64,000 bases of DNA, taken from Tubulanus polymorphus (taxonomy: Eukaryota > Animalia > Nemertea). Each line of letters opens with the position of its first letter. The first letter of the stretch is position 1. The position numbers and the translations under genes were made by a program. Shown here piece by piece: positions 25,451-40,400 of the stretch. The stretch covers positions 12,326,275-12,390,274 of the forward strand of contig NC_134032.1 of assembly GCF_964204645.1 (NCBI RefSeq), given 5' to 3'. Below the pieces are notes generated by a model. That model ran no database searches and was not told where the DNA came from. It saw nothing but the letters and a program-made list of their open reading frames with translations.

Positions 25451-28400
25451 ATGGCTACTATTGCGCAAACGACCGCTTCGACTATATCGGCCGCCGTTAC
25501 GACGGCCATTGACTCGATCGCGACGACAGTAGCTAGCGGCGATGCCCCGCTCATCCCGCCCGAGTTCATATGGATGGTCGTCGTAGGGTTTATCGTGGCG
25601 TTTTGTTTGGCGTTTGGAATCGGCGCGAATGACGTGGCGAATTCGTTCGGTACGGCTGTTGGTGCGAAGGTTTTAACGCTGTACCAGGCATGCGCCTTGG
25701 CGTCGGTGTTCGAGTTGGCGGGAGCTATTTTATTAGGTATGTATTTCTTGTTTTGTTCTCTCATTCCCCCTCCCCTCCCCATGCCCCCTCTCCTCCCACT
25801 CTCTCTTCTCTTCCTCTTCAGGGGCCAGTTGCTGAAAAGTTTAAGTTAACCTGCGGACAAATGCCATAGTAACAATGAAGTTTTGATTGTCACAATGTCA
25901 ACTATCAACTGGTCAACTCTGACCAACTTTTGAGCAACTTACCCCCTGGTTGTCAAATATTTTCTCTCTTCCTATTCAAGTCACGAAATCTTTTCAATTA
26001 CTTTACTTTACCGCTGCATCAATAATAGAATGAAAAATACTTGTTCTACTTTATCGAGTTAGCCAGCAACAGCAACAATTTTTAAATCAGAATTGATGTA
26101 CACACATGCCTGGATGAATTTATATTCCGGTGTATTTGTAATGCATTTTTAAATGATTTTCGACACCAAATTTCTATGAAAACAATGCCCGAAGCCAAAT
26201 GCGATTTAACCTGAAATATGAATTATTCATGGCAAGAATGGAATTTATGTTAAATTCGTCGAGAGGGGATTAGAAATGTTTAATGTACATAATCGACGAT
26301 ATTGAGGCTAACAGTGAAGTACAAATATCTATTTCGATACAGATAGGGCCTATTTGTGAAAATAACCTCAAGATTGTATAGTAGTTACTCGGTTATAGAA
26401 TTGAAATGGAATCCGATGCTGTTAGATAAAGCCGTGATCGCCACTGAGTCATTGGTTTTTATTCGGCCACTTTCTAAGTGAAACTAAGATCGTTTGAAAG
26501 TCATGACTCTTCGATCACAGATCGTATCGATGAGAATATTCTTCAGACCGAGTTCATCGTAGAATCAGTCGTGTTTAAACACGAGAAAGTTTTAAATTTG
26601 TCTTCAAACTATTATTGTGAAGCCATGTGTTTTAAGTGTTGAAATTAAGATCGTGTTTGTAAGTCGTCACTTTTCGGTCACGGTTAGTATCGATGAGAAT
26701 ATTCTTCTCACCGAGTTCGTCGTAGATGATGATTAAAATCAGTTGTGTTTTAAACGAGAAAGTAACGCCGTATCGTCGGTTCAATTGTTTTGCAAAATGA
26801 ATCGCGGAACTGAAACTAAGATCGAATGTGGTCACTCTTCGGTCACAGTTTGTATCGATGTGAATATTCTTCCGACCGAGTTCATCGTAGATGATTTAAA
26901 TCAGTTGCGTTTAAAACTTAAGAAAGTTACATAGTACGATCGGTTCAGGACAATTCAAATCGTGAAGCCATTTTTTAGGTCTTATGTATCCTATCAGGAT
27001 ACGATCCTATGAAGCCCCTATCAGGCCGTGTCCTGGGGGGACTTCTTCAAACCTAGCGTGTTACTAGACTGATACTAACATCATTGTGAAGTGGGAAAAT
27101 TTTCTGTTTGAGCCACAATGTCTTGTGCAAGGTCGTTAACATGCATACATTGTTCTTATTACTGTGTGAATACCGAAATCGCGCTATATTGATTCATGGC
27201 ATTATAATCATTTCTCTAATGGGTGGCTTCCGTCGGTCTCGGATTTCTGCACCGGGAAAATCTTTCGGCTGTCGAAGGTTTTTAACGCTTCATTTTTCGA
27301 TGGTTTTATTTTCCAGGTTCGAAAGTTTCCGACACTATACGAAAAGGCATTATAGATATTGAACCTTATAACGGTACTGAGGAAGTACTCATGGTTGGAA
27401 ATGTGGCTGCTTTAACAGGTAAACAAACCTACGTTACTAGAATTGTCCATAGAGCGTTCGACTCTGGCATTTATACCGTTATGGCCTCATGAGACTGGGA
27501 TTTGGACCTGATGGCATTGTGAGACTGGCATTCGAACTTGATGATATCATGAGACTGTCACAGTACAAACCCCTGCCCTAGTAGACACATCCTCCCCTCA
27601 CAGGGAATGTACCTGTTTGTATCGTGCGATTCTGTCACATTACAAACCCCTGCCCTGGTAGACACATCCTCCCTCACAGAGATTTGAACCTGATTGTATC
27701 ATGAGACTGTCACAGTACAAACCACTGTCCTAGTAGACATAACCTCCCTCACAGAGATTTGAACCTGATAGCATCATGAGACTCTGTCACAGTACAAACC
27801 ACTGTCCTAGTAGACATAACCTCCCTCACAGATTTGAACCTTATAGCATCATGACACGCTGTCACAGTACCAAAGAAGAGATTTGATCGTGATGCTATTG
27901 TTTAACTGCCACAGTACAAGCCCTTTCCTAGTAGACACATCCTCCCTCACAGGCATTCATATCTGATGACATCATCAGAGAATCCCTGGTATGATCATTT
28001 TGTGAGTAATGTGGTCGTGCTTGTTCTCAATGTTAAAAATAGTATAAATTCACCTCTTATCACCCGGTATTATCAGGTATTATCTGGTATTATCAGTGTT
28101 ATTATAATCGCTTATCTCTATAAGATAATCACCCTGGACTGTGGTGTGTGTTGGTTCAACCTCTGATCGATAAGCCTGCGTTAAACTGACCCCCGGCTGT
28201 CGGGGCACTTCGAATTAATCATCGTTCAAATATTTTGGTGTCAATGTGCGATTAAGCCCGCTTAGCGCGTAATTAATAAGGACCCCGATGAAATATATCC
28301 GGTGAAATGTATCCGGTTTATGAAAACTCTCAATAAAACATCGCATTTTAACATCCATTTATGTAAAGACGGATTGTAAACAATATCTGTATTGTGGATA

Positions 28401-31400
28401 AAAATCCTGATTTACACTGATCTGAATAAAGCCGGTTTGACTGGTAATTTGTCATGGCGTTTAAAACTAGATTCAAATCGGAATTATTCGTCGAAAATAG
28501 CTATTTTACCGAATACCGGTAATTTGTCATGGCGTTTAAAACTAGATTCAAATCGGAATTATTCGTCGAAAATAGCTATTTTACCGAATACCGGTAATTT
28601 GTCATGGCGTTTAAAACTAGATTCAAATCAGAATTATTCGTCGAAAATAGCTATTTTACCGAATACCTATGAGGTAAAAACGGTGATGATATTTATTCGC
28701 CGTATAAAATGTAATCGCAAACAAGGCATGACACAACGTGGCTGGATGCTTGGAAAGCCGATAGAGGGCCGTGTTCCGTAGGGCTCCACGCACCCGCTGA
28801 AAACGGAACCATCAACGCTTAATGAAAATTAGATTTAAGATTAGTTAAACACGGTTTCTTCCTTTGTCCCTCGATGACCATATTTCTGAAGTGACCAGTC
28901 CCGGGGTAGAATACCCCCTCCCCCTACCTGGGAGTGTCGGGTGTATTAACCTCGTATGTTGATTGTGATGAGAGGTATAGTGCTTGTACAGATAACTCGG
29001 CAGAAAGCTAAATGCTAGTCTATTCTAATTATAGAAATATATATCGAAAAATATTCCACCACCGAGCCAGAGTCATTTAGAACCAGGAAGTTGGAACTTT
29101 TCAGATCTGGAGCAAACTTGCAACCATTCTAGATCAGAAAACATGATTTTTCCCTCAATTTTCTAATGGTTTTGAAGTTGCCGGGAATAGGCTTTTCAAA
29201 TAAGGTGCGAATAGGGTTGAGATAAAGGATAGGTTTTATAAGGAGGTCCCTTTGAAGTGAAGGAGCGCTTAGTTTTGAGACAATATCGAAGTAACTATAT
29301 GCAGCCCCTAATATACCTGGTATAGGGTTACTGATGTACACAAAACATACATCATCGTAAAAATACTTTCTGTTTGTTTAGATCAGATACTTTGGATATA
29401 GGAAGATATGGTGAACGCATTTCCTAGAAGGATGGCCTAGTTAGTGAGGGAAATATAGCTTGCAACTCCTAGAACATTGCCCTTGGGAACTACAGTGCCA
29501 GGAATTTGCCAAATATTGCGCATGAAAATATTCTTCAGACTGAGTTCGTAGATGGTTAAAATCAGTCACAAGAAAGTTACACAGTATCATTGGTTCAATT
29601 GTCTTCAAAATCAATCGTAGCACGAAGCCACATTTTGGTTTCGACTGCATAGGGATGACTCCCGAGAATAGCGTCCCATTAGTGGGTGGCTCCGGGTGGA
29701 ATTTGGTTTTAGCTTAGGACGTACATCGTGAAAAATTCTTTTCTGGAATGAAGTCATGACTAAAGATGAACTCGACTGTAGATTCGAGGGACATGAAATC
29801 CACATTTGTGAAAGGTCATGAAGTATGCCAGGATAATTTCCCGATTTAAACTTCATGCTTTCTGTTTTCGTATATTTTCAGGGTCTTGTTGTTGGTTGCT
29901 GGTGGCAACGTTTTTACGAGTACCGGTGAGCGGTACGCACAGTATTGTTGGCGCGACTGTTGGATTCGCGCTGGTCGCCCACGGGGCGAAGGGTATCCAT
30001 TGGGCTAAAGTCGGGCTGATCGGTAAGTGTATACTCCAACATGTTCGATATTTTTTTCGGCTTCACCAAAGTCAATGGGTGGGTGGCCCCAGGATTTTTC
30101 TAACAGGGTCGAACATCACCTTAAAAAGGGCCAAATCCATTTCAGGGTGGCGCCACTGATCTGGAGAAATCTAGAAAAAAATCTGAAAAACCTTGAAAAC
30201 CTTGAAAACTCAGGGAATTTGGATGTTATTATTGACCGTGTGTTTCTTATTGAAAAAATGAATGAGTTGTAACATTTTAATCCTAGAAATTTCTCCCATT
30301 CACTCAGGAATTTTGTGTCAGTCACATGGACAAATTGAGGAAAAATCTCAGGGGATTTGTAAATGAGCAGAAAGTGGTCGACCTGCGCTAGATTCTTCCA
30401 CACACTGCGCGTGAGCTCCTTTTTTAGGAGCAATGCGCAATTTGTTTTGTAGATAAATATGTTCATTATTTCAAAAGTCTGGATAGAGTGGCGCCCGGAT
30501 ACTTGTCGCTTACATCTGGCTGAACTGATAAGATAATCAAACACTATAATTCAGCCTTAGTCATTTCAAAGCGTCGGACCATCTTGGACGCGCGATCGTG
30601 CTTGATCAGGTACTCGGACTATCTGATATTCCAACTCGCCGAGTCCTTAGATATTGGATATATGGCGATAACGGAAGTTTGCCCTGTCAGACGGACTGAC
30701 TGACCGATTGACCGATTGATTTGATATCGAACGGTTTTTCAGCTGTATTCAAGTTTACAGACTTTCCTCTGATTTTTAGGAACTCGTTCGCCGTCAGCTG
30801 TCACTAATACGTAACAACTGTATTCGCTTTGATTCTATTGTGCGTCTGCTGTGACAGCTCGCAGAGTAGTGGCGTTCTCCGTTGTCAACGGCGACACTTT
30901 GTTAATTTTCTTCGCAAATAGAATTTTCGAAGAATTCAAACTTTGTTATCATCTGGAGGCATTTGTTTTGATTCTGTCGATTCGAAAATTTTAACGAAAC
31001 GAGCTAAAAAGCAACGGAAGGTCGTCGCTCTGCGAGTAGATTTTAAGAATTCAAAGACACACACAAGAATTATTAATCCATTTCTAATCCGACTAATGCA
31101 ATAACAATCTCTTAAATTCTGGCATTAATCCAGGGATAATCATTGACATTCTTTGGCAATTTTAAGAACTTTAAGCATTCGTTGCTTGTCCTCAATCTAA
31201 TAAGGTCGAATGGGGGGAGGTGTACTTATATAAGAAATAAAGCACAGTGGTTTCGTACCTTAACTTAAAGGCCGACTTCAAGTATAAAGGCCCATCATCT
31301 GTCAGACATGGCATTATCTCTGAACCCATGGAGCAGTCAAGAGCTCCAGCGTTGAAACTGGTATTTCCCTAATATCTCTGTCATTTAACCGATTTGGACC

Positions 31401-34400
31401 CTCCTTTTTGTCAGGGATATGTGTAAACATGTAATATAGTCATATCTATGGCTTAGAATTTAGTTTAAGCCCTCCTTCATGCATAAAGGGTTTTTTGGAT
31501 TTTTGGACCTCCATTTAAGTTGGCCTTTAATTGTAATGGAGACTAGGGAGTTCCACAGGGAAGGCAAAATTGAAAATGCTTTAAACGAGGAACTCCTTTG
31601 ATTTGAGCAAAATGCCTGAAATCCTTCAATTTTGAGAAATAGGCATTTAGAAATTCTTAACTTGTTTGTAGTTGTGCTAGACTACCCATAAATCTCGGTT
31701 ACAGTTGTGACCTGGAACGGCTTTGAGTGAAATATGTTAAATCGAATGTGTTGGATTTGTCAATTCTAATATTAACCCTAGTCGTGAATCCCCAACTGTC
31801 GATGCGAGGAAACGTAATTAAAAAACTGAAAGCAAATTTAATGTGGAAAATTTCTATCGATTCAGAATATTTATTTTGCCGCTTGATAATTTATTACATC
31901 GAGTGGGAGTTGTTTTTTAGAAATATGCGAATGAAATATTTAAAAAAAAGAATTTTAAATCCCGAGTTTGGCTGGCTAGGTAAATGTGAATGCCTAGCTA
32001 GGTGAATTCTGACATACTTTCTGTATACTACGTCTGTTGTTGTCACCTCTTGACCTATCAAAGAATAGAGCCTTCTACTTCTGTCGGTCATCTATACACT
32101 GAAAAATTTATATCTGGTGATTTATCGCGCATGGTTGAAAAGAAGTCAGTTTGAAATGAAGTCGAGTATTACTAAAGTTAAAACCCTACCAGCCCCAGAT
32201 CGGCAACATATAGGCCCTAGAAATAAATCCAGACATAGCACAGTCTTTTTACGAAATGAATTTTTTTTCTCGAAAATCGAGGCCCGTGGTTTATATATTA
32301 ACATATTATTAATGTGAAAACTGGCTTGGGAAATATTTCTTGCAACATGTGAGAATTTCCATTATTTAGTTGGTTTTAGCTTGGTTTAGTCAGAACTCAA
32401 GGATTGATCACTGAACTCGCTTATCCCTGGCACTGGCTTATATTAGACCAGTTTCAAGGCAGGTTTTATCGGCGAGATTTACCTAAAACTTTGGGCCTCT
32501 TTTAAGTTGTATATTATAAACACTGGAGAGAGTCGAATATATCCCAAGAACTGCATGAACTTACGGTTAAAATTTGACTCATGCGGAGTTAGATGTTCAT
32601 ATTTTTATTGTAAGCCAGTGTTTTGTCATTTCTAAAGTATTTATTTACGCGCAGGGGTTGTTTAGTTGTATGTTCATCATAATATAAAGACTATTATTGA
32701 TCGTGGATTCTAGAAGAATAGTGAACGGGCGGATTGAGGATAGGTTGTCTGAGTTGGGTGTAGAATTATTTGTCGAGAGTGGGTTAGCTGCGGTGTTGTT
32801 TGTATCAGTTGTGTTGTCACATGTGCGCGCTGGTTTATTCACTCATGATCAGCTCATGGTATCACTGCCTGAGCGCGAGCTCGATCTATCTGCTGCCTAG
32901 CGATCTCCTTTCCACGCATAATTAACTTCGATAGCGAATGCGAATTCAAAGCCGAGACCGAAGTTTCTGTAAAAAAGTCATCTTCGTATTTTGATTTCTT
33001 CGTTTTGTAAAATTGATCGAACGATAAATGTCTTTTGTCGTCACAGTGAAGATCTAAGATATAAAAAAAATGTGAGGAGCCCAGTTGTAGGAGCCCATGT
33101 CGTAGTATTCAAGTGTTAGATTTAAGAACAGGGCCTAGTCAGGAGCCCAGGTGTTAGATTTAAGAACAGGGCCTAGTCAGGAGCTCAAGTGTTCAGATTT
33201 AAGAACAGGGCCTAGTCAGGAGCCCAAGTGTTAGATTTAAGAACAGGGCCTAGTCAGGCATTCAAGTGTTAGATTTAAGAACAGGGCCAAGTCAGGAGCC
33301 CAAGTGTCAGATTTAAGAACAGGGCCTAGTCAGGCATTCAAGTGTTAGATTTAAGAACAGGGCCTAGTCAGGAGCCCAAGTGTTAGATTTAAGAACAGGG
33401 CCTAGTCAAGAGCCCAAGTGTTATATTTAAGAACAGGGCCTAGTCAGGAGCTCAAGTGTTAGATTTAAGAACAGGGCCTAGTCAGGAGCCCAAGTGTCAG
33501 ATTTCGTGAGTTTATTTTAAGTCTGGAGATGAACTGTCTGTAGATCCCTATCCTTAAACTTCGGATCAAGTCAAAAAAGTGGGCGACTTTGAAAATGGTT
33601 TATTTATTTGTGTCTCATATTTGTTGCGAATGTCCTGAAAATGGTACTGCACGTATTCTACGCGGTTCCATAGTTGAGACTCGAATCCAAAAATGGGGTT
33701 TAGTCTTTAGACTGATCGTAAGTTGTCAGATTAGCCACGTGGCTAACGTGGTCTTAGAGACGGGTCTTAAGTCTAAGCCACGACTAATGGAACCGGTGTT
33801 CGATTCAGATCAGGTATATTCCCAGGCCAGTAGCTGTCTGTATTTATGAGCGAGTGTGTCTAATTCTCTCTCTCCGCTCGCTCGGCAGTTCCGCGTTGGA
33901 TTCTCTAATCAATCGATATATCAGCGATCGATCTGCGATAGTAAACATTGTAAGATGACCTTTGGATCTCCAGTGAGGTGTATGTGTGTACAGTGTGTGT
34001 GTAGGGGTCAGGTTAACAACAACAACACTCATGTACGCAAACGGTTCCATGAAAACGGTTCCATGCAAACCGCAACTCGTTGAACATTACACTTTGAGCC
34101 TCCTGCTAGATAGATCCGATTTCAAAAATCAAGCACCGGTCTCGTTTCCGGTGTGGTCGGTTTGTGGAATGGATACAAATTCCCAATCAAATCGAAATTG
34201 ATCTCAATCAATGAAATAAATCAGACAGAAAATTCCCTATTTCGAGATCGAAAATAATTCCGATTGAGCCTTCTATAGAAGATGGTGGACTCGTAAATCC
34301 CCCCTTTGATGTCATCGAATAGCCCAGTAGTAGGGCCTAATTTGATTTATAGACTTCATAGAAAATACGACTGGATAGATCGAATCACTTGTAGGCGAGT

Positions 34401-37400
34401 TGATGATATTGTGGTAAGGACAATTAGGAGGTAGCCATCTTTGATCGAATGGCCCGAGTTGAATCCATAATCGAGGTCCCTAAAATGCCCCAGTTTATAG
34501 CAGGATTTTTGAGTCAGAACTCAACGATTTTTTGAAGTGACAATGAAAATTGCCAAAAGTTATTTTTAGAAAATATTCGACCGAACCGGGATGAGAGTAG
34601 TATCGATGATATAAAGAATTCTACGTTTTGTGAGATGGATTTCGGTTTAAGTAGTCGGGTGTATACACGGTTGGTCGGTCGGTGTCTCCTGTGAGTCAGT
34701 GCGTCTGTCTGTCTGCTCCTCCTGGTATGTGTGATTCTGTTTGCGTCTCTTCTTAATGTATTTATTTATTCGTTTTTCCAATAATACCTCTCAGCGAGAG
34801 ATCGGTCGATGCGTGATACACTGAATCTGACAACCTGGTTAACACCATAGGACTCCGCGGCAGTCTCGATTCGTCGAAGCCCAGTTTACCCTAAAGTCAA
34901 TCCCGAAGTTCTCGATTAAGTATTGGATTATTTAGTAAAATAATAATTTTGAAAAATTTTTTAATCTTAAAATAGTGATTGACCCAATTATTTATTTGAT
35001 TGGTAGATTTCTTCAATTTCTATGAGTTGGTGTCCATTACGAACCCACCACACCAGCCAGGAGCGAAACAGGGGGAAGTTGAATTACAACAAAGAACCGC
35101 GGAATTATCTCTTGTGGACTTTGAGACGAGTGTTTCAAGTACCTGTTAGATGTTGACGTTGGGGCCAAATTTAGCTTTAAGCCGGTCTTTTGATGAAACG
35201 CCAACAAAATAGATGAAGAAAAAAGTACTAGGAGAGTATTTGACGTTTCGACTCGATTCCATCAGCCATTTTAAAAACATTTTTTCAAAATGGTTCATAG
35301 AACTGAATCGAAATGTCAAACGCTCTCGTACTTTTTTCTTCATATTATTCTGAACTATTCTTCGATCTGTTACTTATCCATTAAAACCGATCCTCGATCG
35401 TAAAGATGCGCTCGTTTTTTATGGATGTTCGGTTTATTTTGCGTATTTTTAAAAACCGGCGCAGTTGCACCCAATATGCCGTCGAATCAGTGCTAAACTC
35501 ACGCAATACGACACTGATCTTTAAAACCCCCGCGCCAGCTGACACCATCTACCCCCCTCTTATATCCCCCCTGACAGCTGATACATTGCGGCTGCTGCCA
35601 CTTTATATTTCCCATAACTAATTTTGATGTATATATTTGTGATTTCGTGAACGGATTTTGCGAAGAAGAAAATCGATCCAATTTGTGACACACATTTAAG
35701 TGATGAAAATGTTTTGTGAAGAGAAATGGGAGTGACTTTCTAGAATATATACCACTTGTTGGGTCTGAAAGCGGCCGGTGGTCTCAAGGGAAAACTTCAG
35801 TTGTGATTGAACTAATGATTGAACGCAATGTAGTTCAATCTTACGCATTTCACTATCGCGTGTTTTGCCATTTTCTGACTATTGGCTGGACTTATTGATA
35901 TTCGGTTTCACATAGTTCAAAAATAGTCAACTAAGAAAACTGACGTTAGTCTAGTGTGCGAGTCCACTGAGACATTTTAAATTTGTACTCTTAAGTACCC
36001 CTACCCAGACCCAATAGGTGCCGCAGGTTTAGACTAACTTGCCTAAATAAAAAATTTCATTCTTTTCCATCAAAAAACAAATGAGAAGTTTTAGAATTGA
36101 TAATGAAAAGATTCATGTATTTGATGCCGTTTAGTCGCGCTTCACGTATTAGTAGGTTTAAAATCGTGGTTTCATGAGTTTGATTCGTTTTCATTCGTTT
36201 CATTTCAGTCGCCTCGTGGTTCATCTCTCCGCTGATGTCGGGCGCAATTTCATGCGGCATATTTTTCCTGATTCGTAAATATATTCTTCAAAAGGTAAGC
36301 ATCGCGCGCTGGCTGGTATGCCGTGTCGAACTGGCGCGTCACGCGTCGGAACGAATCCAGTTGATTAATAGTTTTCGATAATCGTTTATCATTGTTAATT
36401 ACGTTACGTCTGGCTCATAAGCAGACGACCGTGCAGAAATTTTATTTGAAATATCTGCATGCTTTGAGTGTCTTCTAATCTAGCTATCTGTAGTAAACTG
36501 GTTCCGTTGTAGACCTCTTAAGGCCAGTTGCACAGACACAGCTATAATCTTAAGACCTTAAGTCTCAAACCATCTTATAGTTCTATGGTCGATCTAGCAA
36601 CCAGTCTTAAGATTTGAGACCGCTTTTAGACTTGAGTCACAACTCTGGGGCTTGTTCCATAGTAGAGACTTTAGCGAAAAAATGGTCTTAGATATTGAAT
36701 TTGGTCTTAAGCGTTTTAGGTTGGCTACAGAAGTCATGACTATGGGACCGGCTCCTGAACTCAAGTCAAGAATTGGTATTAAATCCTAAGACTGGTCTAA
36801 AGTTGTTAGATTGGCTACGCAGCTATGGTCTTAGACTAGTTTTAAAGCTAAGCCATCAGTCAGCAACTGGCCCCAGAGTTCATTCATCAACCCTTGATGA
36901 TTTAGTTAAAACTTTTAGTTGAATTTTGTTTTGCTTTATGTTTTTCAGGCTGATCAACTTGAACCCGGTCTATTCTTTCTACCGATTATCTACGCGGTCA
37001 CTATCGTCATAAACGTGTTCTCGGTGTTTTACGAAGGACCTCCGCGTAAGTGTTCTTCATTTCAAATATTCATCAGGGGTCGTTGAGTGCGGGGAATAGT
37101 CAGGGAATAGGGAAAAAGCATGTCAAATAAAAGTGGCTGCTCTGTACTGTTAACCCTGGTGGGCCAGTTTTGAATATCGACTTTTTCATGAAACGTCATC
37201 AAACCAATCGCGCATAGCAGTATTGATTTGTTTTGAAGCCTTTTGATCGGAAGTGAAAGTAAATATTAGTTGTGCGTTTCTAGTTTTAGGTTTTGATAAG
37301 ATCCCGTTGTGGGGCACGTTCGTCATCAGTTTCGGCGTCGGAATTATCGTCTGCCTGGTTATCAAATTCGCCGTGGTACCATGGCAACGACGTAAAATAA

Positions 37401-40400
37401 AACGTGAGTATTGCGATTCGAAAAAACTGAGGTTCTGTAATAATATCCGTAACGATGATTAAATGTCACCTAAACGTCAAACTCCTGGGCCCGGTTTTAT
37501 AGACTGGTATTGTCTCTAACCTGTGGGGTTAACTCAATTCATCTTGGGCTGGTTTTATAGACTGGTATAATTATCTTGAACCTGGGGGTTAACTCAATTC
37601 AACTTGGGTTGGTTTTATAGACTGGTATTATCTAGGGGGTTAACTCATTTGACAATGAAATGAGTTAACCCCCTGGTTAATGTTCACAAAGTACCTTCTG
37701 TTGAAACGAAAAATTCTGTAGATTCGACCGATCATCCAACTTTCACTTTCTGACTTCAAACCTATTTTGCAAGTGTGGTGGTTTGTAAGGGACACCAAAA
37801 TCAAATCAAAATCAATCAATTTAATGAATAAGTGGGCTATTCCCGTTTTATGGACAAAAGTTAAAACGACACCGGTGTATAAAACTAGCCCCTTTTTTAT
37901 GGATGATCTTGAACCTTTATGAGCGAAAATCATGATGCTCAGTAAAAATTGACAGTTTCTGAGTTTTGACTAAATGCCATCGTCAGAGAAACTAAATTTT
38001 CGGTTTCATTGGTTTCTGTGATGATGGAGTTTAGTCAAAACTTTGAAACTGTCAGAATAAATTGTTAAATCATCAGCTATGGTTTTTGTTCATTAACTTT
38101 GAATACCAAGATCAATATCAGTCTATCAGCAATGCACAGTTTGTGTTTGACTTTTCTCGATATGTATCTAATTCGTAGATTTCGATTAGCAAATAATGTT
38201 TGTATCATTCCATGAAAGATTTCGAATTATGAAAGTTATTATCGTCGTTACAGATGAGTGTTTGTACATACGGGCGAATCAGAGCGAGGACCCGCTGTGC
38301 GAGTTGACCCTCTCGGAGACCCTCGCCAACAACAGTGTCGCCAACTCGCGAGATCAGAGCGAACAGAATTCGAAGAGTTCGTCGACGGCGTCGTCGAAAG
38401 AAGACCTGACGTTGAAGAAAAATAACGAGCTCAACAACGAGTTGAACACCGCTCTGAAAGACGAGAAAAAAGGTCAGTAGCTTACTACCTCTAGTGGCTA
38501 GTTTAACTTCTTCAAACCCCAAATCAAACATTTGTTTACTTAAGCCCTTTTCGATTGTGCTCCCTGCTAGAAGACAGAATATATACTTCTGGGAAGAAAA
38601 TTTCTGCTATCACAGAGGTGGAAAAATGGCTGAAAGGTGCGCGCTAGCAATCGCGAGGGAAAATAGATAATTCCTCTTACGGACAAGCGCAATCGCAAAA
38701 AGAGCCTTAGCCCAAAAAGAAACGATACCTTGTTTCTCCTAATCGTCTGGGATCATTTTGTATACTGCAATAGAATAAACAGTACATTTCTATAGCTACC
38801 AGGTCTGTTATGATGCTTGATTGTGGTTTAAGACAGAATATGTACTGGTTTGGGGCAACTTTAAAGCTCAGCAGAAATGAGAAACAAGGAATCAAATTTT
38901 AAAAAATCGAATTTCTTAATTCAGTTTCCATTAATTGTGAATTTTCTAAACAGATTTACAAAACGGCAATGCGGAAAAACCGATCGATTATAAAATCGAC
39001 ATGACACCGACGAGAGAGGACAAAGACAACGGATTGTTGTTCAAATCAACGGCGTCCGGTAAACCGTTGTTAGGCGACATGTTCAAGAAGAAGAAAAAGA
39101 AGGGAAAGAAGGAGAAAGAAGAGAAAGTCCAAGGTAAATTTTCAGACTATTATTGTTTATCTTACGAATGAAACTCCAAGGTTCATAGCAATAATGGTGT
39201 AATACTGAAAATTTTTATTCAATTAAACTAACTAAAATGAATTTATTTGACCAACCTGACAGCTGTAACATGTTCTGTAGAATATGACTTCAAGATTTGA
39301 CTCTTTAGTCAACAGTTCTCATGTCTTGATTCGGTGTATGAATTTGTTTTATTCAGAATCGACCGATACTAGTTTGAATGAAAGCGATGACGCTGAGGTA
39401 GGTTTTTATCCATTTCCAGTTCTACTATAAAACTAGAGGCTGGGATCAATTTTCTTAAGGACAATTCTAAAAACTTGGGTTCTAGACTCATACTGATGTG
39501 TATTTTACGTTTTTGTTCTTTAAAGGCTTTACGTCAGAAATCTCGTGATCAGATATCCGATTCTCTCGAAGCTCGACGTCTGTTCTCGTTTCTGCAAGTG
39601 TTGACCGCGATATTCGGAGGTTTCGCACATGGAGGAAATGATGTCAGGTGATTATATTGTCCTTCCTCTCTCCCTCTGAGAGTAACCCCTCCACCAAAAT
39701 CAGATCAGTAACTGTCAACTTGTGTAAATAGTTGAGACTATTTTCTAGTCTTGATGAATTTCATTAGGAGAAACCCAAGATATCGATTCGACCAGACCGT
39801 TATTGTTTTATTCTTATGTGATGGGTGTAGAGATCCTGCTCAAAACGTAAGGAAAGAATCAATAACAGTTGTTAAAATTGATATTGTGGGTTTCCTGGAT
39901 GATAACTATCAACCACTTGAACCCAATTGATAACTGTGGAATCTGATCCAGTTGCAGTTCTGCAGTTCTGGGCTGAGATAATTTGAAATCAACAATTTTT
40001 GTGTCAAAATTAGAGTAAATCAATACTGTGGAACTACTACATTTCACCCATAAACTGGCTGCCAATTGTTAATTCTAATATATAATTGTTTTGTAGCAAT
40101 GCTATTGGTCCGTTGATCGGTTTATGGGTCGTTGCGGTTGATGGTTCGATCGTGTCTAAAACGCAAACTCCAATTTGGATTTTATTCTACGGCGGCGTCG
40201 GTATATCGGTCGGATTGTGGATCTGGGGACGAAGAGTGATCAAAACTATGGGTGAAGACCTCACGAAAATTACACCCTCCAGGTACGTGTCATCAATAAC
40301 TATTGCAATTGAGGATTCCAGGTGTGGTAGTGTGCAGTAGAACATGAACTACTGTGGCAATAGAGGATTCCACTTGTGGCAAGTGAGGATCCAACAGGTG

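Noticed and set aside
28392-28781. 129-aa ORF with 25-aa repeats
   Set aside because: It results from the 75-bp tandem repeat, has a non-ATG start, and shows no recognisable domain.
33110-33504. 38-bp repeat array resembling a CRISPR
   Set aside because: The units are contiguous with no unique spacers, it lies in a eukaryotic intron, and there are no cas genes.
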